Below, piece after piece: positions 57,947 through 64,000 of a stretch of DNA of 64,000 nt. Each line of letters starts with the position of its first letter. The first letter of the stretch is position 1. This DNA is from an uncultured virus (IMG/VR IMGVR_UViG_3300046822_000192) (Duplodnaviria; Heunggongvirae; Uroviricota; Caudoviricetes): IMG/VR virus record IMGVR_UViG_3300046822_000192; one strand, written 5' to 3'. The notes beneath the pieces are model-generated. The model saw nothing but the letters and a program-made list of their open reading frames with translations. It was not told where the DNA came from and ran no database searches. Made by a program: the position numbers and the translations under genes.

Positions 57947-58019
57947 GGGGGCATAGCAAAGTCTGGCAATGCATCCGGCTCTGACCCGGACATCGGAGGT
58001 TCAAATCCTTCTGCCCCTT
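57947..58019 (+). tRNA. trnQ: tRNA-Gln(CTG)
   Basis: TCCGG-CTCTGAC-CCGGA. Confidence 0.9.
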
Positions 58020-58045
58020 CTTACACTAACTGCCTACGATAATTT

Positions 58046-58285
58046 TCACTTCGTACGACCTCCAGAGTCTTTCGCATCCATATTCTTTTCGATATTCTGC
58101 ATCAAATCGCGAAGTTCCTGAAATTTACGTTTAATCACGCGTACTTCCATGTAATTTTTAGGCGCACAAAGGCAATCTTTTTGGCGCAGCACACGCGCCT
58201 GAGCGGTTGAAAGATCCTTAAATAGAATCTTGTAAGCCTTATCGGCGGATTCTTCCAGTGATTTCAAATCGTGAATATCCAACAT
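58046..58285 (-). CDS. Hypothetical protein, probably leaderless
   Basis: TTGACA-18-TAGCCT ends 6 nt before ATG. Confidence 0.6.
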   Translation of the reverse strand: MLDIHDLKSLEESADKAYKILFKDLSTAQARVLRQKDCLCAPKNYMEVRVIKRKFQELRDLMQNIEKNMDAKDSGGRTK

Positions 58286-58334
58286 GCGGAGAGGCTAGCA
58301 TGAAACTAGCGTAAATGTCAATGGGGGCAGCGAA

Positions 58335-58357
58335 GAGTGATGCCGTAGGCATCACTC
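58335..58357. repeat. Perfect 10-bp hairpin flanked by GGGGGCA direct repeats
   Basis: GAGTGATGCC-GTA-GGCATCACTC. Confidence 0.9.
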
Positions 58358-58824
58358 GGAGCGGGGGCAATACATATATATTACATGTAGATAGTACCTC
58401 CCCTACTCGCAGGTCCCAAGTACGTGCGACAGGCAGACATAAACAAACTATCCGGCTCTTGAATTGAATTTACTTCCCACTGCGAGTTGATGAGAAGTGC
58501 TTGCCTCGATACCGCAAGTTTCGATGGACTGGCGGCACAAGAGTAGGGCCTCGTTGTCCCATACTCCTTTTCAAGTATCACATCTGGCAGCTTACAAACA
58601 CGCCAGAGTTGCGTAAATAGTTATACTAGCGAAATATCGATATTGTTGTTCTTTGCCAGCGTTTCATTTTGCTCCATATATTTCGTTAATGGTGCTCGAC
58701 GTTCACAGGCAGCAACGTCGATTTCGGGTACATTGCCCGCAATAAATTTTGTATTCGTGATTGCACTTCATTTGTGGATACGCTGAGGATTCTAACACGC
58801 CAGCCGGACTCTCAAAATTTTTAT

Positions 58825-58853
58825 TTGACATCTACCTTGCATTTGAGTATTCT
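58825..58853 (+). promoter_or_regulatory. sigma70-type promoter
   Basis: AT-rich UP element, TTGACA-17-TATTCT. Confidence 0.75.
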
Positions 58854-58871
58854 CTTTCGCGAGGTATTCAA

Positions 58872-59225
58872 ATGAATCAGAATGCGACAATAAAACACGA
58901 CGAGATAGATATGGCGGGAAAAGCCGCTACGATTCCGGCTGGAGTGGACGCTCGGCTGAGGAAGTTAGTAAACGACTGGGCACTGTGGTGTCTAAAACCC
59001 GCTACAAAACCTACACAGGCTCAGTTGGATATTATTACGTTATCTGCGTATAGCGGCGGAATAACGGCTCTTATGGATATGCGCCTCATCGCGATGATGC
59101 ATTTCGAGCTGTGCAAGACCAGCCAGGAATACCGCAAGATCTGCGATGTTATGCTGGATGAAGTTCTTGGCGGGCCACAGGACTGTCTGGACACGTTACT
59201 GGCTGATATGCTGCAGGGGCGTTAA
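58872..59225 (+). CDS. Hypothetical protein
   Basis: GAGGT RBS after promoter. Confidence 0.65.
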   Translation: MNQNATIKHDEIDMAGKAATIPAGVDARLRKLVNDWALWCLKPATKPTQAQLDIITLSAYSGGITALMDMRLIAMMHFELCKTSQEYRKICDVMLDEVLGGPQDCLDTLLADMLQGR

Positions 59226-59226
59226 G

Positions 59227-59625
59227 ATGAACCAGAAACTCAACATTCGCAATTTCAAACGTCTCCGGAATTATATCGCCAAACACGTCACGCCGGGAGA
59301 AGTCTACATGGACTGGTATTTTGCCGTTAAAACGCGAAATATATTTGAAGAATTCTCTGTCGGTTGTGACACTCCGGGTTGTATTTACGGGCACTGCGCT
59401 GCACATTTCAAGAACAACAAAAGCGGCAGGTATACAGCACAGTCTATCGTAAATTTCTGTAATAAATTTCTCGGAATAGACCCCCTGTATGCAAGAAGAC
59501 TTATGTGCATAGCCTGCTGGCCCGAGGAGTTACAGAATGATTACAGGTTCGGTATGGCTATCGAAAAGAAAAATGCCGTGCTGGAGCGGCTGGATCGTGT
59601 GATTGAGCGCGGAGATCTATATTAG
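59227..59625 (+). CDS. Hypothetical protein (CDTPGCIYGH motif)
   Basis: Recurrent phage CxTxxCxxG motif. Confidence 0.7.
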   Translation: MNQKLNIRNFKRLRNYIAKHVTPGEVYMDWYFAVKTRNIFEEFSVGCDTPGCIYGHCAAHFKNNKSGRYTAQSIVNFCNKFLGIDPLYARRLMCIACWPEELQNDYRFGMAIEKKNAVLERLDRVIERGDLY

Positions 59626-59626
59626 C

Positions 59627-60238
59627 ATGCCGAAGAAACGTAGTGCGCCGAAGAAACGTCGAATCAAGACTGCAATTTGCGTTGATCCGATGGGATGTGG
59701 CTGGCATACTCCGGAAGAAGAGATTGAATCACACATCAAGTATGCCAGTTCTGCATTGGATGCGACTCTCGATTGGTATCAGATACATTGTATCGGTCCA
59801 AGCTATATAAAGCCTGGAACCGAGTTGGTAATTTTCGATTTTGGCGGGATGTCTTGCGGTAACTATCTTATGGCTTGCAATTCTCGCGAGCTGATTAAAT
59901 GGGCTTTAGATCATCCTGATGCACTCGTTTTGGTAGCATCCGGGTTTACCTACAGCAACGGTGTCCAATGTGAAATGGAGGCATTAGGATTCGCCAAGCT
60001 GCCAAACGTTATCGATGCCGGGTGTATTTCGGACGAGATTATTCCTGAATGGTTCAAGACTGGAAAGTCCGGACCGGCGTCTGTGCCAGAGGCAGTTTGC
60101 ATGCGCTGCGAGCATCTTATCAGCAATCCTCTATACGGCGCTGGAGAGGCACACATCTGTTCGAAGTGTCTGAATCTCGTTTGCGGTGCGTGTTGGGAAG
60201 AAAAGAAATCTATTTGCGGCGATTGCGCAAAGTGGTAA
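59627..60238 (+). CDS. Hypothetical protein with C-terminal Cys-rich Zn finger
   Basis: Four CxxC motifs. Confidence 0.65.
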   Translation: MPKKRSAPKKRRIKTAICVDPMGCGWHTPEEEIESHIKYASSALDATLDWYQIHCIGPSYIKPGTELVIFDFGGMSCGNYLMACNSRELIKWALDHPDALVLVASGFTYSNGVQCEMEALGFAKLPNVIDAGCISDEIIPEWFKTGKSGPASVPEAVCMRCEHLISNPLYGAGEAHICSKCLNLVCGACWEEKKSICGDCAKW

Positions 60239-60239
60239 A

Positions 60240-60268
60240 TTGACATTTGTACCCAGTGCTGGTATAAT
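60240..60268 (+). promoter_or_regulatory. Consensus sigma70 promoter
   Basis: TTGACA-17-TATAAT with extended TG. Confidence 0.9.
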
Positions 60269-60284
60269 GCTTTTCGGAGGCACA

Positions 60285-60539
60285 ATGACACGACTGACAA
60301 AACAGGTTTCGAGATTCACCGATGCAATGGTCCGCGATCGCGGTAGATTGCGGAATATTGTTGTTACTCTTTTTCCGAACGACACGCTAGGATTGCGTCT
60401 GGCCAAGACCCGCAAGACAGAAATTGTTACCCTGGAGTCGATTTACAGTCTTGCTGTGAAACAGCGCGTAGCCTTGGAACGGGCCGAGAAGCGCAAAGCT
60501 CGCACTGAGAAATTGAAACTTCGAGGGAGACAGCGGTGA
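60285..60539 (+). CDS. Basic hypothetical protein
   Basis: GGAGG RBS after promoter. Confidence 0.75.
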   Translation: MTRLTKQVSRFTDAMVRDRGRLRNIVVTLFPNDTLGLRLAKTRKTEIVTLESIYSLAVKQRVALERAEKRKARTEKLKLRGRQR

Positions 60540-60728
60540 TCTATCCGGAATTAGCATTGCAATGGTTTTGGCTGCGTCAGCTTTGTACAATTTGCAGTGG
60601 AAATGAGAGACGCGAACGCCGCTCAAACGGGAAGTACTACGGTTCCAGATGCAAGTGGTATTTGCTTAGAGACGGGTGGCATTACATTGTATAGTATTTT
60701 GGATTCGCTTTACCGGCAAAGCGAACAG

Positions 60729-61250
60729 ATGATGCTGTCGAGTCCTGTAACGCTCAGTGACACAAAATTCTTTTTACCGAATTCCAAGTTCGGTGCATTT
60801 ATGTCAGCTCAGTTTGATGGCAGACTGATTTATGATGTTGGGGCTGGAGTCGGGCATGTCGCGAAAGAGCTTACGGAACGCGGTCTGAAAGTTATCGCGA
60901 TTGATATCATCAGACGGCAGGACACAGAATTCAATGTAGAAATGGTGCCTGGATCGGCGTGCGGTTACCGTCGCGGTTCGGTTGTCATGCTATGCCGTCC
61001 GTGTCACGGGTCTTTTATAGAGATGGTGTTTCGGCAAGCTGTTATGTGTAAAGCTGGGACACTAGTCTATGTCGGCAAGCAATCCAATGTTGCTGGAGAT
61101 CTCGGCGGGTGGCGTTACCGTGGAAAGAATCCTGCTCGTATTCAGTTTAAGAAAATGCTGTCGAATGCCGGAAAAGATGGTGAGCATGTATGGGTTGCAA
61201 ATTTACCCCTATTTGGTCAGACGCCGGTAGCCGCGCCGGGTAATGTCTAA
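60729..61250 (+). CDS. Minimal class I SAM methyltransferase-like protein
   Basis: IYDVGAGVG, VIAID; start uncertain. Confidence 0.7.
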   Translation: MMLSSPVTLSDTKFFLPNSKFGAFMSAQFDGRLIYDVGAGVGHVAKELTERGLKVIAIDIIRRQDTEFNVEMVPGSACGYRRGSVVMLCRPCHGSFIEMVFRQAVMCKAGTLVYVGKQSNVAGDLGGWRYRGKNPARIQFKKMLSNAGKDGEHVWVANLPLFGQTPVAAPGNV

Positions 61251-61691
61251 CTTGAGCCTGTTATCATCTTTGAACTTGGAGCGCTCGCGATAGATTTTGC
61301 GGATCTTGAATAGTTCTTCGGTAGCTTGTTGCGGATTGCGTTTATAGCCATCCTTGGTGATTTCGATCCAGCGATGGCAGCGGCTGCAAACTGACCACAA
61401 GTCACTAGGAACCATTCCAGACAGGTTCTCCAGGGTATACGCTCCGTGATGTACCTGCATTATAGCCTGACCGTCTCGTCTGGCACAGGCGTAACACTCC
61501 GGATCTTGTGCCAGTTTCTGCTCTCGAATAGATTTCCACAGCGGTGACCGCAAATACGCCGGATAATCCTTGAAACCCAGTTCGATCAAAATCTGATTTC
61601 TTTCAGCATAGGCATCCATATTTTGTCCTGGTTTTACCTTATTTCGGAACCTGCTGGTAAATCTACGTTTACGACGTCTTCGACGAACCAT
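61209..61691 (-). CDS. HNH endonuclease
   Basis: YLRSPLW, CYAC, QVHH..Y, VCSRCH. Confidence 0.8.
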   Translation of the reverse strand: MVRRRRRKRRFTSRFRNKVKPGQNMDAYAERNQILIELGFKDYPAYLRSPLWKSIREQKLAQDPECYACARRDGQAIMQVHHGAYTLENLSGMVPSDLWSVCSRCHRWIEITKDGYKRNPQQATEELFKIRKIYRERSKFKDDNRLKLDITRRGYRRLTK

Positions 61692-61739
61692 TGCATTATT
61701 CTGCTACCATGCCGTGGCATACCCTCATAATCCAGATCT

Positions 61740-61988
61740 ATGAAGTCACGAAATATTGGACCGGTCGGTGGAAAGGTAGCTGTTAATGGCCCGGCAAGCT
61801 CTACAGGCTCGATTAAAGAGTCTGGGCTGTCTCCTATGAGTACGCATCCTGTTAACGCGGTGCCTGTTATCCAGCCGCTGCCTATTGATGTGAAGACGCC
61901 TCCAGGTGTCGGCATTGGCAAGAAACCGCATGACCGTCCGTCAGATCCGATGGTTCCCGGCCCGCCAGTAAGCACGATTGGGAACTAA
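61740..61988 (+). CDS. Pro/Gly-rich hypothetical protein
   Basis: ORF only. Confidence 0.45.
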   Translation: MKSRNIGPVGGKVAVNGPASSTGSIKESGLSPMSTHPVNAVPVIQPLPIDVKTPPGVGIGKKPHDRPSDPMVPGPPVSTIGN

Positions 61989-62039
61989 TCATAAATTCTT
62001 ATAAGCACACGGTAAACCTGTGATACTATCCGTGTGCTT

Positions 62040-62396
62040 ATGTCTATTCAAGCAATTCTTCGCCACAATTTATCCGGTACTTGGGAGCTTCTAACCAACG
62101 ATCCTGCGCAGGATGTTCTTGCGGACGCGCCTACCGAAGACGAGGCTTATGTCCTTGCGGCTGAGCTGGATTTGGAGATAGTTAAACCGGCTCCGGTGTT
62201 GTCCGGAAAAGCTACAAATGCCTGCAAGACTGTCGGTTCTCTACCTTTGAATACTCTCTTTCGTATCGACAATATGTGGTATAGAAATATCAAAATGGGA
62301 AAGGTCTGCACTGTTACCGTAGTCGGTCAGAAGCGTGAAATAGAAATGTCCGGTAATATGGCAATCAGTGCTGTGAGCGTAATGAATCTAGTATGA
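62040..62396 (+). CDS. Hypothetical protein
   Basis: TGnTACTAT just upstream; ATGA overlap downstream. Confidence 0.6.
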   Translation: MSIQAILRHNLSGTWELLTNDPAQDVLADAPTEDEAYVLAAELDLEIVKPAPVLSGKATNACKTVGSLPLNTLFRIDNMWYRNIKMGKVCTVTVVGQKREIEMSGNMAISAVSVMNLV

Positions 62397-62872
62397 CAAA
62401 AGGTGTAAAGACTCCGTTGGAGATCCGTGCTGCGAAAATGAAAGCCAGGATGTTGCGCAAATCCGAACCTGAAGGTATTCCGGTATACTGGGCGGATAAA
62501 GATGTACGACAGGCTAGATTGCGTGTATTGTGCGAGTATATGGGGCTTACCCATACCGAGTTTGCTTCAAAACTTGGCGTCTCTTTATCATTTCTTGACA
62601 AAGTTATTCATGGTAAGCGCCCGTGTCCTATGCCGATGTTAAAGCTTGCTGAAGTTATCTATCGCGCATTCATCCAGCAGATGAAGCGTGATCGTGCCAA
62701 AGAGGCTCTGGAAGTGGTGAAGCTGGAATTACCGGATATCGCGACAATTGATCAGGCTATACGCATAGCTATTTTCAAATTGCATGCGCGTGGGAAGTCT
62801 CAAGAAGAGATAGCAGCGGAATTGGCTATCAGTCCAGATAAAGTAGAGGCTTGTATTACAGCTTTGCACTAG
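62393..62872 (+). CDS. Transcriptional regulator with two HTH motifs
   Basis: GLTHTEFASKLGVS; GKSQEEIAAELAIS. Confidence 0.8.
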   Translation: MTKGVKTPLEIRAAKMKARMLRKSEPEGIPVYWADKDVRQARLRVLCEYMGLTHTEFASKLGVSLSFLDKVIHGKRPCPMPMLKLAEVIYRAFIQQMKRDRAKEALEVVKLELPDIATIDQAIRIAIFKLHARGKSQEEIAAELAISPDKVEACITALH

Positions 62873-62902
62873 TGGCTTGGGAGTATAATAAGAGCCTTCT
62901 TA

Positions 62903-63460
62903 ATGCCTGAAAATGACACCGGCCCGCAGATCTCCGATGATGAATTTCTAGCGGCTGTTTCTCCGCGAGATCTCCACGGGCGTATCAACTTGCGTATCGA
63001 GAAATCACTCCAGCACGAGATTGAGAATATTGCCGAGGATAGTCGATATCCACTCAACTCTTCGTCTGAAGTTGTACGCTATTGCTGTCTCTACGGTCTG
63101 GAGAGATTACGCGAATGGAAGCCTGGACCGACACTTCTAGGTAACATCAAAGCCGCAAATGCTCTAATGGCGCGAGATAAGATTCAATGTGAAACTGTAG
63201 ATCTACTTGCACGTTTGGATGAGCGCATCGACTGGTACATCACGAATAATTATTTCGACGAGGCCATTGACTTAGTGGCCAGAGTTCGTGCATACTTCGA
63301 CAGCTCCGAAGACTTCTGGGCGTCGAGAATACGTTCTGAGATTGATGCGAAGTTCTCCGGATGGTTGGATCAGATAGATGCAAGGAGAGCTATAAATGAC
63401 AAGGAAGGCCCCGACAATGAAATCCACGCAGATGATATCGAAGTTGACCCTTTTGCATAG
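62903..63460 (+). CDS. Hypothetical protein, RHH-like N-terminus
   Basis: INLRIE...SSEVVRYC. Confidence 0.6.
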   Translation: MPENDTGPQISDDEFLAAVSPRDLHGRINLRIEKSLQHEIENIAEDSRYPLNSSSEVVRYCCLYGLERLREWKPGPTLLGNIKAANALMARDKIQCETVDLLARLDERIDWYITNNYFDEAIDLVARVRAYFDSSEDFWASRIRSEIDAKFSGWLDQIDARRAINDKEGPDNEIHADDIEVDPFA

Positions 63461-64000
63461 ACCAGGATTCTTTGGTCGCCGGAAACCAGAAATCATAGCA
63501 GACTTGAATCGCGAGCACGGTGAAAATAACTGGACGCTAGTCTGGCACGATGGAATTGGTGATCCTGAAGATCCTAACGCGGTTCTAGTAGAATTTTTCG
63601 CTGCGTGCCTGCTGTTCTATGAACAGAGCTACATTCAATATTTTCGCGAGCATCCCGAGGAATTAGATTTTATTTGCTCGTTTGGTGAAGTTATCGACAA
63701 TGCTATGTCGAATATCGAGTCCGGTTGCAATTATGCGCAGCAGGAAACGGCAGCGACTCACATTCAGGATATCGCAATTCGCAATGCTCTCGAACTAAAT
63801 GGTCGGTGGTTCGAAGGTCCGCAGGATAGGATCTTAGTAGTTCGCAGTCACGATAGCGAAGGCTACCGATTCAGTCCTGGTGTTATTCCTTATCATGATA
63901 AGGAGCACATCACAATGCCGTCAAAATGCCCGAAATGGGCTGCACGGTTCTCGCTAGAAGACTTCTGGCAGTCGAACAAGTATATTGCGGTGATTAATGC
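63417..64000 (+). CDS. Conserved hypothetical protein, truncated by window edge
   Basis: Open frame to window end (RPGFFG...YEQSY...HIQDIAIRN...SLEDFWQSNK). Confidence 0.7.
   Translation, partial: MKSTQMISKLTLLHRPGFFGRRKPEIIADLNREHGENNWTLVWHDGIGDPEDPNAVLVEFFAACLLFYEQSYIQYFREHPEELDFICSFGEVIDNAMSNIESGCNYAQQETAATHIQDIAIRNALELNGRWFEGPQDRILVVRSHDSEGYRFSPGVIPYHDKEHITMPSKCPKWAARFSLEDFWQSNKYIAVIN

Noticed and set aside
1..64000. Stop-codon recoding
   Set aside because: Long genes are intact in code 11, all three stops are used, and there is no suppressor anticodon.
1..64000. CRISPR array, integrase, IS element, intron or intein
   Set aside because: No repeat-spacer array or recognisable motifs; terL and MCP are uninterrupted.

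Overview
Part of a tailed dsDNA phage genome (siphovirus-like: long tape measure, no sheath; spanin-like pair suggests a diderm host; no integrase seen). TerS/TerL (5.0-7.2 kb) and portal (14.0-15.5 kb) are on +. An ~11 kb sugar-synthesis/glycosyl-/methyltransferase cluster follows the portal. The - strand carries lysis, signal-peptide glycan-binding, tail and head genes (28.4-53.5 kb). The most unusual part is 55.0-58.0 kb, read by hand. (i) A 78-nt RNA that matches the tRNA-like domain of tmRNA but has no mRNA-like domain. (ii) A 19-gene tRNA array whose 18 readable tRNAs serve only Leu, Ser, Pro, Gln, His, Phe, Tyr, Cys and Trp. (iii) Just upstream of the array, an unannotated 41-codon leader ORF whose last 30 codons use exactly those nine amino acids. 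This suggests a tRNA operon switched by a ribosome sensing depletion of the same tRNAs. Protein calls rest on motifs and synteny only; no searches were run.
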